The notes beneath the pieces were generated by a model, which was given only the letters and a program-made list of their open reading frames with translations, did no database searches and was not told the origin of the DNA. Position numbers and translations under genes: made by a program. Shown piece by piece: positions 11,661 through 23,789 of a stretch of 64,000 nt of DNA. Each line of letters begins with the position of its first letter. The stretch's first letter is position 1. The stretch comes from Mobula hypostoma (Eukaryota). The stretch spans positions 104,532,001-104,596,000 of the forward strand of contig NC_086107.1 of NCBI RefSeq assembly GCF_963921235.1, in the 5' to 3' direction.

Positions 11661-12845
11661 ATAGAAAAACATTGAAAATAGGTGCAGGAGTAGGCCATTT
11701 GGCCCTTCGAGTCTGCACCGCCATTCAGTATGATCATGGCTGATCATCCAACTCAGAACCCTCTACCTGCCTTCTCTCCATACCCCTGATCCCTTTAGCC
11801 ACAAGGGCCATATCTAACTCCCTCTTAAATATAGCGAATGAACTGGCCTCAACTGTTTCCTGTGGCAGAGAATTCCACAGATTCACCACTCTCTGTGTGA
11901 AGAAGTTTTTCCTCATCTCGGTCCCAAAAGGCTTCCCCTTTATCCTCAAACTGTGACCCCCCCTCGTTCTGGACTTCCCCAACATCGGGAACAATCTTCC
12001 TGCATCTAGCCTGTCCAATCCCTTTAGAATTTTATACGTTTCAATAAGATCCCCCCCTCAATCTTCTAAATTCCAACGAATATAAGCCTAGTCGATCCAG
12101 TCTTTCATCATATGAAAGTCCTGCCATCCCAGAAATCAATCTGGTGAACCTTCTTTGTACTCCCTCTATGGCAAGAATGTCTTTCCTCAGATTAGGGGAC
12201 CAAAACTGCACACAATACTCCAGGTGTGGTCTCACCAAGGCCTTGTACAACTGCAGTAGTACCTCCCTGCTCCTGTACTCTTGCTATGAATGCCAGCATA
12301 CCATTCGCCTTTTTCACCGCCTGCTGTACCTGCATGCCCACTTTCAATGACTGGTGTACAATGACACCCAGGTCTCGTTGCACCTCCCCTTTTCCTAATC
12401 GGCCACCATTCAGATAATAATCTGTTTTCTTGTTCTTGCCGCCAAAGTGGATAATCTCACATTTATCCACATTAAATTGCATCTGCCATGAAATTGCCCA
12501 CTCACCTAACCTATCCAAGTCACCCTGCATCCTCTTAGCATCCTCCTCACAGCTAACACTGCCGCCCAGCTTCGTGTCATCCGCAAACTTGGAGATGCTG
12601 CATTTAATTCCCTCGCCTAAGTCATTAATATATATTGTAAACAACTGGGGTCCCAGCACTGAGCCTTTCGGTACCGCACTAGTCATTGCCTGCCATTCTG
12701 AAAAGGTCCTGTTTATTCCCACTCTTTCCTTCCTGTCTGCCAACCAATTCTCTATCCACATCAATACCTTACCCCCAATACCATGTGCTTTAAGTTTGCA
12801 CACTAATCTCCTGTGTGGGACCTTGTCAAAAGCCTTTTGAAAATC
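11661..12845 (-). mobile_element. CR1 LINE, 5'-truncated, RT domain plus 3'UTR
   Basis: [44 protein letters not shown]; frameshifted. Confidence 0.92.
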
Positions 12846-12854
12846 AAAAGTGTG

Positions 12855-13062
12855 GTAACAGGCCCTTCCAGCCTGACGAACCTGTGCCGCCCAATCACAT
12901 CCATGTGACCCGTACATCTCTGAAACGTGGGAAGAAACCGGAGCACCTGGAGGAAACCGACGTGGTCACGGGGAGAACACGTGAACTCATTTCAGGCAGT
13001 GGTGGGAATTGAACCTGGGTCGTTGGCGCTGTAATAGTGTTACACTAAATGCTACGCTACAG
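12855..13062 (-). mobile_element. HE1/V-SINE-like tRNA SINE
   Basis: gggaagaaaccggagcacctggaggaaac core plus tRNA-like head; related copies near 15290-15420, 47420-47635, 57660-58095, 58170-58385. Confidence 0.65.
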
Positions 13063-13370
13063 CAGCGGGACGTGACAGTCCCATTTGCCATGAGACAGGC
13101 TAAGTTTATGGGCCATCCTGGTCTGGATCTGAATCAAAAGGGACGCAGCTGCTTGCTGCGGTCTTGCAATAGAGCTCGCAGACAAGAACTCATTAAGGAC
13201 TGGTAAACGCAAGAAGTACTCAGATGCTGTAAACCCAGAACAAATGCTGGAGGAACTCAGAAGGTCAGACAGCATTTCCGGAGGAGTATTAACAACCGAA
13301 ATTTCAGACCAAGCCCTCTCATCAGGACAGGGGAAGAAGCCAGACAAGGTGGAGGGAAGGGAAGGAGTAC

Positions 13371-13790
13371 AAGCTGGCAGGTGATAGGTGAGACCAGGTG
13401 GTGCTGGGGAGGGGGTGAAGTAAGAAGCTGACAGGTGATAGGTGAGACCAGGTGGTGCTGGGGGTGGGGTGGGGTGAAGTAAGAAGCTGGCAGGTGATAG
13501 GTGAGACCAGGTGGCGCTGGGGGGTGGGGAAGTGAAGTAAGAAGCTGGCAGGTGATAGGTGAGACCAGGTGGTGCTGGGGGTGGGGGGGTGAAGTAAGAA
13601 GCTGGCAGATGATAGGTGAGACCAGGTGGTACTGGGCAGGGGGGGTGAAGTAAGAAGCTGGCAGGTGATAGGTGAGACCAGGTGGTACTGGGCGGGGGGG
13701 GGTGGTGAAGTAAGAAGCTGGTAGGTGATAGGAGAGACCAGGTGGTGGGAGAGGGTGAAGTGAGAAGCTGACAGGTGATAGGTAGAAGAA
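13371..13790. repeat. about 58-62 bp G-rich minisatellite within a Penelope-like fragment
   Basis: about 7 copies of agctggcaggtgataggtgagaccaggtggtgctggggg..gtgaagtaaga. Confidence 0.9.
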
Positions 13791-14384
13791 GTAAAGGGCT
13801 GAGGAAGGAGAGGACAGTAGGCCATGGGGAAAGGGATGGAGGAGGGCACCAGGTGGAGGTGGTGGGCAGGTGAGGAGAGGTGTGTTAACTACAATGAAAG
13901 GTCACAAATCTCTTAAACTCATTTGTACCAGATACTGTAATGTGAAACGGGGCTGCCCTCCTGTGTCTGTCCTTTACAGGTAGCTGTGGAGTTTGCATCA
14001 GATCCTTGGCTCCCGTAGATGATGAACAGGGTTTGAATTGTCTTGGGGGCAAGCTCCCACGCAAGGTGGGACAACTTTTCCTGCCAGTGCCACCCACCCC
14101 ACAAACCCCCTCCATCTGTCTACCTGTAGCAACCAGCCTGACATCTTACACCCCTCCTCAGTCCATCAGTCGCTTCGAATTCCTTTCTCACCACTTTCCC
14201 TCCCTATACTCGACATCTCGCCTCTCCGCTCTGAGCCCCGATGTAGAGTTTCAACCTAAACACGTCGACGGTCCCTTGCCTCCCAAAGTTGGTGCTGGAC
14301 GCGATGATTTCTTCAGGCGGGTTGTACGTTGTCCCAGGCTGCGGTGAACCTTGAAGTCTTCTTGTTTGCAACGTTCATTATCAG

Positions 14385-14920
14385 ACACACCTCAATACAG
14401 GCATCTGTGTCGTCCAAAAACACGCAAAGAGAACTAAGTTTACTTGTCGCGTGTACGTCAAAACATGCGATACCGAGAGCAAGCTGTCGCCTATGGAGCA
14501 AGGTCGCTCCGTCCACGTGTCTGATGAACGGCGGAGACCGATCCGGCTTGGAACCAGCAGCGTCGCAGGAGTTGCCAGTCAGCGTTGAACTCAACGTAGG
14601 AACTCCGGAATTTTCCCTCGAGGTTTACTCCCAAAGTTTTCCCCATGGGTGGGTACAGCCGCAAGGCAGTGGAGGTTTGAGATCAGAGTTTTCCTTCTCC
14701 TAGGTGAGCTGCCAACCACGGCCGACGAGCCCCGTCTGCCCGAAGCGCCAGTAAGCCGCCTTTGCCCCTTCTCCTGTCAGTAGAAACAGAACAGCTGGGC
14801 TTAGTAGCTAAACCACGCGTGAAGGCCGGGAGCTATTTGAGGTGCACATTACTTTGAGCATTTCATAGGTAGTGGGAGTTTGTCCCCTTTACCACTCCCG
14901 ACTATAACAGCCTTAAGGAA
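14385..14920 (-). mobile_element. probable RTE-type LINE-derived element (5'UTR-like)
   Basis: CpG-rich block with ggggctcgtcggcc...ctaggagaaggaaaactctg, resembling RTE 5' regions; family call from memory. Confidence 0.4.
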
Positions 14921-16427
14921 CTAGGAAACCAGGAAAGGTATGAAGAGGGAAGGTAACCAGTCTTTTTCCCAGGGTAGAGACGTCAAATGCTAGAGAGCAT
15001 AGCTTTGAGGTGGGAGGAGTGAAGTTTGAAGCAGGTTTGCACGGCAAGTTCTTATTGCACAGAGAGCGATAGGTACCTGGAACGTCCTACCAGAGCGGGA
15101 ATGGAAATAGACACGACAACAACATTTAAGGGGCGTGTAGATTGACACATGAACAGCAATGAAAGGATTTAGAGATAAAAGATACTGTTTTTATAAAAAA
15201 AGGATTAGTTTTATTTGTGACATATGCATCGTTTGCGTCAGGGAACCAGCGTGCTGTCGCCATTCAAGATTCAGGCTATGCTTCCCCGTGCCAACATCTC
15301 ACTAACGTGACCGTCTTTGGAATGTGGGAGGAAACCGGCGCACCCGGAGGAAACTCACGTGGTCATGGGGAGAATGTAGAAACCTCTTACAGACAGCGGT
15401 GGGAATTGAACCCAGGTCTGATTCCATTTACCCTATCTACACCCCTCATAACCTTTATCAAATCTCCTCCAAATCTTCTACGTTAAAAGGAATAAAGACC
15501 TAACCTATTCATTCTTTCCTTATAACCAAGGATCTCCAGTCCAGCAACATCCTTGTAAATTTTCTCTGTACTCTTTCAACTGTCTTGACATCTTTCCTGT
15601 AGGTAGTTGACGAAATCTGCACAAATGCCAACGTCTTATACAACTTCAACATCCCATCTCCTGCATTTAGTACTTTGATTTAGGAAGGCCAATGTGTCAA
15701 CAGCTTTTTTTGCAAACCTAGCTTCCTCTGCCACCACTTTCAATGAACTGTGGACCTGTATTCCCTACACATTTTGCTTCAATGTCAGCTTCTAGGACTT
15801 TCTCCTTTGGGAAGGAATTGTTCCTACTCAACAAGAATCCTTGGAGATTTGAACACAATTTCAGGAAAGGGTTCCTTTGTTTCCACGTTTCAGTTCCTTT
15901 AAAAACTTGAAACCCCCTGGCACTGACCTTATGACCTGATGTAAGCCGTCGTGGATGGGTTGAAAGAATGAATAAATCTCTAACTCACAAGATTCTGCAG
16001 ATACTAGAAACCCAGGGCAACATTCTGCTTTATCTCCTGGTTTCTAACCAGACTGACCCCTGGACCCTGAGGTACATTCCACAGTCCATTGACACTTCAT
16101 CTTACCAGCTAATGATCATTAGTCTTTTTAATATTCAATCACAGTATCTGTGTTGTTCTCATTTAATCAAGTTAATTTTTGCACTTTTAACTACCCTTGC
16201 ACAGTCTGTTCTACAAACCTGTTAATTTGTGGGGGAAGGAATTCACAGTCTTGTGATTTCATGTTACGTTCACAAGGATGCTGTTGGTGTCTGCACATTT
16301 TTCCCTTTGTGTATGAGGGTTGTATATGGACAACAGTTCAGACCACAAGATTGAGCCTGTAACAGCAAATCAGGCATCAGGGAGACTTGATTTATAGCAT
16401 CACAGTCTAGGATAGGTTTTGCATCTA

Positions 16428-16914
16428 CACTCAGTAGGCACTTTATTAGGTACACCTGTTCCTTCATGCAAATCTCTAATCAGCCAATCATGTGGCAGCA
16501 ACTCAGTGCATCAGAACATGCAGACATGGTCAAGAGGTCCAGTTGTTTTTCAGACCAAACAGCAGAATGGGGACAAAATGTGATCCAAGTGACCTTGACC
16601 ATGGAATGATTGTTGGTTTGAGTAGCTCAGAAATTGCTGATACCCTGGAATTTTCACGCACAACAGTCTCTAGAGTTTACAGAGAATGGCACGAAATAGG
16701 AAAAAAAAAATCCAGTGAGCAGCAGTTCTGTGGGCAAAAACGCCCTGTTGATGAGAGAGGTCAGAGGAGAATGACCAGACTGGTTCAAGCTGATAGGAAG
16801 GCGATAGTAACTCGGGTAACCACGCATTACAATAGTGGTGTGCAGAAGAACATCTTTGAATGCATAACACATCAAATCTTGAAATGGGTAGGCTATTAAA
16901 GTGGCCACTGAGTG
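16428..16914 (+). mobile_element. internally deleted Tc1/mariner transposon
   Basis: TA|CACTCAGTAGGCACTTTATT ... TAAAGTGGCCACTGAGTG|TA TIRs; transposase HTH remnant MGTKCDPSDLDHGMIVG..SRTTVSRVYREW. Confidence 0.88.
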
Positions 16915-17204
16915 TATATTGGAAAGCCCATGAGGAAGTCATGCATTCTTTAAGTGGAGTTAATGAAGGGTAGATTTAGAAAGTTCTAAGGCTAGTTCAC
17001 AATGATTCCGAAGGCTCCTGTGTAGGTCTTCCATTCAGGCCACGGCTTTCCACCTATTGGTGGTGGGATGGAACCTCACTTTGGGTAAAAGAAGTGTGTC
17101 ACATGGGGGTGCTGGGAACTGACCCAAATGCAAGACACAGACACTGAAGTACAAGGAACAGGACTTGACTAGAGTAAAGACGTGACAGGATTCAGACCAG
17201 GAGT

Positions 17205-18091
17205 AGAAACATAGAAACATAGAAACATAGAAAATAGGTGCAGGAGTAGGCCATTCGGCCCTTCGAGCCTGCACCGCCATTTATTATGATCATGGCTGAT
17301 CATCCAACTCAGAACCCAGCCTTCCCTCCATACCCCCTGACCCCTGTAGCCACAAGGGCCATATCTAACTTCCTTTTAAACATAGCTAATGAACTGGCCT
17401 CAACAGTTTGCTGTGGCAGAGAATTCCACAGATTCACCACTCTCTGTGTGAAGAAGTTTTTCCTAACCTCGGTCCTAAAAGGCTTCCCCTCTATCCTCAA
17501 ACTGTGACCCCTCGTTCTAGACCTCCCCAACATCGGGAACAATCTTCCTGCATCTAGCCTGTCCAATCCCTTTAGGATCTTATACGTTTCAATCAGATCC
17601 CCCCTCAATCTTCTAAGCCTGCCATTGCATATCCACCGTCAATCCTTGAAGTGTCATTTGCCAGTCTAGCTTAGCTAATTCATGTCTCATACCTTCAAAG
17701 TTACCCCTCTTTAAGTTCAGAACCTTTGTTTCTGAATTAACTACGTCACTCTCCATGTTAATGAAGAATTCCACCATATTATGGTCACTCTTACCCAAGG
17801 GGCCTCTCACGACAAGATCGCTAATTAACCCTTCCTCATTGCTCAAAACCCAGTCCAGAATAGCCTGCTCTCTAGTCGGTTCCTCGACATGTTGGTTCAA
17901 AAAACCATCCCGCATACATTCCAAGAAATCCTCTTCCTCAGCACCTTTACCAATTTGGTTCACCCAGTCTACATGTAGATTGAAGTCACCCATTATAACT
18001 GCTGTTCCTTTATTGCACACATTTCTAATTTCCTGTTTAATACCATCTCCGACCTCACTACTACTGTTAGGTGGCCTGTACACAACTCCCA
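17205..18091 (-). mobile_element. CR1 LINE nested in the LTR, endonuclease joined directly to the 3' end
   Basis: (TTTCTATG)n tail; ORF2 C-terminus 17309-17608; APE motifs GVVYRPP, MGDFN, PTREQAILDWV, GKSDHN. Confidence 0.9.
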
Positions 18092-18254
18092 CAAGAATGC
18101 AGACTTGGGCTAGGGAAAGCAGGACCAGGACTAGGAACCATGGACTAGGAGACAAGGCTTGGACTCCGAGCCTGAGACTAGACAAGGACCCAGAACCTGG
18201 GTCTTGCCTCGGGCTCGGACACCAGAACCAGGCAAGGACATGACTTGGCTGCCA

Positions 18255-18620
18255 GCTGGAGTCTTGGGACTTGAGCTTGGCTTGAGGCTGGGGTCTTGGG
18301 ACTTGAGCTTGGCTTGAGGATGGGGTCTTGGGTCTTGAGGCTTGGCTTGAGGCTGGGGTCTTGGGTCTTGAGGCTTGGCTTGAGGCTGGGGTCTTGGGTC
18401 TTGAAGCTTGGCTTGAGGCTGAGGTCTTGGGTCTTGAAGCTTGGCTTGAGGCTGGGGTCTTGGGTCTTGAGGCTTGGCTTGAGGCTGGGGTCTTGGGTCT
18501 TGAGGCTTGGCTTGGGATCCTCGAGGCTTGGGTTCTTGGAGCAGCGTGGGATCCTCGAGGCTTGGGTTCTTGGAGTGGTGTAGGATCCTCGAGGCTTGGG
18601 TTCTTGGAGCTTGGCTTGGG
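18255..18620. repeat. 33-bp tandem repeat in the LTR
   Basis: cttggcttgaggctggggtcttgggtcttgagg, about 7 copies plus variants. Confidence 0.9.
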
Positions 18621-18849
18621 ATCTTCGTCTTGAAATGCAGAGGCTGACAACTCGGAGGCTGGAGCTGAGAGACAGACTGGGAACTGAACATCAACATAGA
18701 GCCGGGACTTATCCTTCGACAACCAGGACTCACCTTTAACACAACACTAACATGAGGCAGGACAGAACATAGACATAGAGCCGGGACTTATCCTACGACA
18801 AGCCAGGACTCAATTTCATCTCCACACCAAGGTGGGACAGGTCCACCTG

Positions 18850-19115
18850 TTGGGTAACGGCAGGACGGCCAGACTTACCCAACAGAGGCAAAGACAAGAC
18901 ATGTTCCCCCGCTGGGCAACGGCAAGACAGCCTGACTTACCCCACAGAGGCGAGGACAAGACAAGACATGACCCCAACCTCCGCAGGGCAACGGCAAAAC
19001 GGCCTGACTTACCCCACGGAGGCGAGGACTAGACAAGACAAGACATGACCTCAACCCCCGCAGGGCAACGGCAAAACAGCCTGACTTACCCCACAGAGGC
19101 GAGAACAAGAGGAGA
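18850..19115. repeat. about 65-70 bp tandem repeat in the LTR
   Basis: gggcaacggcaaaacagcctgacttaccccacagaggcgag, about 4 copies. Confidence 0.85.
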
Positions 19116-19589
19116 CAAACACCAAAGAACTACAGACAGTTCCATCTCTGCTCCGGGGTAGCTCCAAGTCTCAGTTTAGCCAGCAACCTCAGCTGGCCGC
19201 AGAAACAGCCAGATCCCTACCTAGCTCAGAGTGGCTGGCAGCCACTCAGCTGGCCTGGAAAACAGCCGAATCCATACCACAAAGACCACTCCAACAAGTG
19301 GCAACAAAGCTCCATGAAGCAGTGGCCGTCCAACCAGGCCTAGAGATCACAAATGGTTTCATCAGCAGGTTGCTCCAAGGGGGACTGACAAGACAAACCA
19401 GCAGCCCACACTCAATCCCAAGGCTACTTATATTGCAAGCCCAAAGATGGGAATCGGGTGCCTATGATTAACTCAAACAAGGATCAGCTGGAAGACCCGG
19501 AGTCCTGAGTCCACGGACCAGACCATGAACCAGAATGGGGACTTCACAACCAGACCATGACAAAGTGTTGCACTACTTCAGTCCTTCCA

Positions 19590-20185
19590 TGGTGACGCAA
19601 CACTTCATCTGTGAATCTGAATCTGTTGGGGTCATCTCTCCTTTGCATTGGTGAAACCCGACCTAGACTGGGGGACCACTTTGTCGAGTACCTTTGTCCA
19701 TCCACAAAAAACAGGATTTCCTAGTAACCAACCATTTTAATTCCAGTCCTCATTCCATCCCAACATGTCGGTGCATGGACTCCTCTACTGTCACTCTCGG
19801 GTTACAGGAGCAAGGCCTCATATTCTGTCCAGGTAGCTTCCAACCGGATGGCATGAACTTCTCTAACTTCTGGCAATTTTCCTCCTCTCCCTTCCCTCTT
19901 CTTCCATTCCCCATTCTGGCTCCCCTTCACCTCCCCAAACCTGCCTATCACCTCTCTCTGATGCCCTTCCCTTCTTCCTTCCCTTTCTCCCCCGGCCCAC
20001 TCTCCTCTCCTATCAGATTCCTTCTTCTCCAGCCCTTTACCATTTCCATCTATCACCTCCCTGCTTCTTATTTCACCTTCTTATTCTGGCTTCTTCCCAT
20101 TCCTCCTCAGTCCTGATGAACACGTAGACTGTTCATTCATTTCCACAGATTCTGCTGAGTTCCTCCAACATTTTTTGTGTGTACT
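19590..20185 (+). mobile_element. Penelope-like (GIY-YIG) 3' fragment
   Basis: degenerate IGET..RLGDHFVEYL, VTNHFNS, EQGLIF..GSFQPDGMN. Confidence 0.75.
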
Positions 20186-20229
20186 TAAATGAATGCCTAA
20201 TTTGGAGTATTGTGTGCAGTAATACAATG

Positions 20230-22450
20230 TATTCAGCCAGGCTGGTTTCTGTTTAGACATTACAATTCTGTTAACGCTCACCTTCATTTCTGACTGCAAC
20301 TTGATCGTGTCTGTCTGATGCTTCCACTGATACAGCTATTTCAACTGCTCTTTTAAATGTAAGTTGTACTTCAGTTAGGAGCCGTTTTTGAATGCTTTCT
20401 TGTTAGGTTCCACAAACTAAGTGATCGCTCAGTAAATCATGAAGTCCATCATTGAACTGACAATGCTCATTCTCTTCAGTTCAGCTGCATATCATGAAAT
20501 GGACTGCCCTTCCTTTTGACCAGTAAGATGGCAGTGCGTTTGGTCTTAGCAGCTTCTACAGGGCCAACAAGAGGTGCTACTATCCCACTTAAACTTACTT
20601 TTAATGATTGCAAGATCCTGCTATACGTCACGAACGACACCATCAGCCATCAGTGAGCTGCTCGCTGGCGGAGATGATGAAGGAGCCACGCGGTGTGCTG
20701 CTGCCTGAGTTGATGGAGGCTTACACTCTATTGGTGAGTGGCCGCCATGGTCACTCTTCTTGTGATCGCAAGACCCTTATCGACATTGTCAACCTGGTAT
20801 GCTGTAAGTTTGATTTGCTGATTTATTGGCTAAGAGCAGGGACCGATGGCAGGGCAGCCGTGTGGCCTTGGTGTCGCCTGTTTGCAGCGGCCAGGAAAGA
20901 AGCGCTGAAGCTGGTGCACTGTCTGGTGGGGGGATGGACATGGTGGCATGGCATCCAGGATTGAGTCTGTGCAAAGCACAGTGGACAGAAGACAAGTCCT
21001 AATGTGCTCAACTGCAGATTTTGGCGGCAGTCAAGGGACTCAGAGCCTCAATTCACGGGGTTGCCTGCTTTACAGCTGCTAGGAGAGAGGCACCTGAGCT
21101 GGTGCACACCACCAGGGGGCAGCACGACGCAGCATCTGGGCTGCCCCCACAGTATTTGCTTGGCTGAAGACAAGCTCTTTTGTTGTCGACTGAAGGTTTC
21201 AATGTACTAAAGGTACCCAGGCTATATACGTGCATATTTTGTGTGGTTGTATTTTCACTGATATTCTTTATGGGTTACTTATCTCGTATATGCAAGGACT
21301 GGGCCGCAAGCTGTGGTGCCACCTGAGGGGGTGGGGTGTTAGGGCAGGTGTGTTCCACTGGGAGTGTTGTGGTCAACTGAAGTTTTCAATAGATGGGGAG
21401 GGGGTCTGACTATATATTTTGTATTTTTACTGATATTCTATATGGGCTTGTGGTCTAGTATGTGCGAAGACTGGGCCTCAAGCTGCAGTGTTGCCTGGGG
21501 CAGTAGTGCTGGGGGTGGTGCCGAAACTGGAGGACTGTGTAGGACTATTGTGGTTGACTGTGGCTCGATGGCACGAGTTTTTGGCCTTTTTAATTACATG
21601 ATTGTTATTTCATCTGTGCTTGCTATCTTGCTATGTGTGCTTTGTGCTGTGTATGACTGTTGGTACTGTGTTTTGCATCTTGACCCCAAAGTAACACCGT
21701 TTCGTTTGGCTGTATTCATGTACCGTTGAATGACAATTAAACTTGAATTGAATCGAAACTTTAAGCATTCTGCAATTAACGATAGTTTAGGCTCTAAAGG
21801 TTCCTGCATTACTTTCATGATATCAGTAAAGCTCATTTTGAGTGTTTTGGTTGGAGCAGTCAAAATCCACCCGATGCACTCTGCAAAATTGATACTTGTT
21901 TCTCATCGTCTATTCCATTTGCTTTAAAATATTGTTCGATCTGTTCCGTATACAAAATCCAGTCATCTGTTGTGCAATTGTAGCCAGCCATTTCTGCTTT
22001 TTTTAAAAATAGGATTATTATCATCCGCTATTCACTGTTTAAGAACCCGTGAACCCAGCCGTTTTCTGCCTTTTTATTAGCTCGACAGTCTCTTCCTTTC
22101 CAAAGGACAGCTGTTGCGATTTTAACTCAAACGTCTCACTGCGCTTTTTTCAAAACTCGATGATCTCGCTGCGCTGCAACGGGTAGGTAGCCGTCTCGGG
22201 TTTATTCAAAATTACCTCGTCGCCATTGTTGTGTTTCGTTATTCCAAAACATCAAGTGGATTGTTAGATAAACAAGAATGCGAGGACAACTTTGTCTATA
22301 ATGGAAGCGAGGCACGCGCCTATGACGTTAATGTCATGACGTATTCAAACACATAATTTTCATAACCTATAACGCATCATTTTAAACAAAAAGCTTAATC
22401 TAACGATGTAGTTACAATATTACTGAAGTATTTTTCTTTTGCATTTACAC
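20230..22450 (-). mobile_element. Gypsy (Mag-like) LTR, PBS and gag remnant interrupted by a non-LTR insertion
   Basis: LTR end ..ACAACA at 22227, then PBS-like TGGCGACGAG; gag TAPTK..MSFTDIMKVMQEPLEPK and LVCG..QESIQKRLLTE.QLTFKRAVEIA. Confidence 0.7.
20520..21752 (+). mobile_element. non-autonomous LINE-derived insertion
   Basis: starts aagatggc.., ends attaaacttgaattgaat tail; splits the Gypsy gag. Confidence 0.45.
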
Positions 22451-22778
22451 AGTCGGTTGTCTTTTACACAGTTGTTTATCTGTCCGGGGTGCGAACTTTC
22501 ATTGATTCTATTGTGTTTCTCGGATTTATTGCAAGAAAACGAATCTTGCGGTTGTATATGATGACACACATGTATTTAGCTAATAAATTTGGTGTGACCC
22601 GGATGCCCCTTCATTCCAAAGTCGGTACCCGTGACTCTAGGTCGCTGATAGGTAGAATCTACAGAGTTTAAACATTAATTCACGTCTGCTATTTGTGCTG
22701 ACGGCACAGGCAGACCTTCCACCTCGATAAAAGCCAGCCGAGCACGCAGGCGCCGGGAGCTGGCATCGAGCAGAGCAG

Positions 22779-22868
22779 ATGGCTACTCGCTGGGGAATCT
22801 GCAGCGCTGGCAGAATCAGCCACGATTTCGTGGTGGCTCTAAAGACCCTCCCGGACACGGACCACCAG
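22779..22868 (+). CDS. DHDH: DHDH exon 1 (dimeric dihydrodiol dehydrogenase, Gfo/Idh/MocA family)
   Basis: ATG at 22779; MATRWGICSAGRISHDFVVALKTLPDTDHQ (Rossmann N-terminus typical of DHDH); donor CAG|GT; 90 nt. Confidence 0.95.
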
Positions 22869-23563
22869 GTCGAAACAGGACGGAGAGTAAAGCGAGACTG
22901 GGATTGTGGAGGGAGAACGTGGGGCGAAGGAAGAGGCAAAAAGGACGAGATGAAGATGTAAACAGGGAGAGAGACCAGGAAAGAAAAACGAGGGAGTTAG
23001 AGAGATGCACAGGCGAGAGTGGGCAAGAGAAAAGGATTGGAGGAAAGCAGGAAGTGGGGGAGATGGAATTGGGGAGTAAAATATCAGTCAGTCATAGTGC
23101 ACTTTCCTAAGTTTGACCCTTATCTCACTCAGTCCCGCTTCTCCATGTAGCAATCTTAAAAGGATATTGCTGCTTCCACCTATGGCAGCTCATTGCATAT
23201 ACAGTACGTGCCAGCTTTAGGGACTGAAAGTGTTGGGAAGACTTGTCTGAGAAAGTATTTCGCGGCGGACCGCCTAGTTCTGTGAAGGGGCTATTTGTTG
23301 CACGTGAAGTGATTGGGAAGCACTTTGGGTCGCACACTATTGATTGTACAGTAAACACGTAGCGATGCGATCGCAGAGACCACACCGGAGCACCATCTGC
23401 ACTTTGACCTTTGCGCTTGCCTTGGGGTGAGGATAGTGGGGTGGAACGGGTCGGAATTCTCCAGAATGCAGCAAAGTATGAGTGTAAAGCCTTTGAAAGG
23501 TGCAAGACTTTTGAGAGGAGTGACTGGAGTAGGGATTGTTGCAATGAACTGTTCTCTCCTCAG

Positions 23564-23675
23564 GCAGTTGCTGTGGCCAGCCGGGACTTTTCGCGATCTC
23601 GGGACTTTGCAGAGCGACACCAAATCCCGATATACTACGGTTCGTACGAGGAGCTGGCGAACGATCCCAATGTAG
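23564..23675 (+). CDS. DHDH: DHDH exon 2
   Basis: acceptor ttctctcctcag; [37 protein letters not shown]; donor G|GTAAG; 112 nt. Confidence 0.95.
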
Positions 23676-23789
23676 GTAAGAAGTCCTGGGATCTGGGCCT
23701 TGTGCCTTACAGGGCGCTGGGGTTTAACGAGGTGTCGCCCCACATCCCATTCAGGATGGTTACGAAGGCTTGCTTTTACTAGGTCAGAA

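Larger units (their letters stand above)
17097..19562 (-). mobile_element. solo LTR / LTR-like element with internal tandem repeats
   Basis: termini TGTCA...TGACA; perfect 5-bp TSD AAGTG (17092-17096 and 19563-19567); TATA-like aatataagta on - strand near 19430. Confidence 0.8.

Noticed and set aside
13371-13790. CRISPR-like repeat/spacer pattern
   Set aside because: The variable parts are only G-run slippage variants of one sequence
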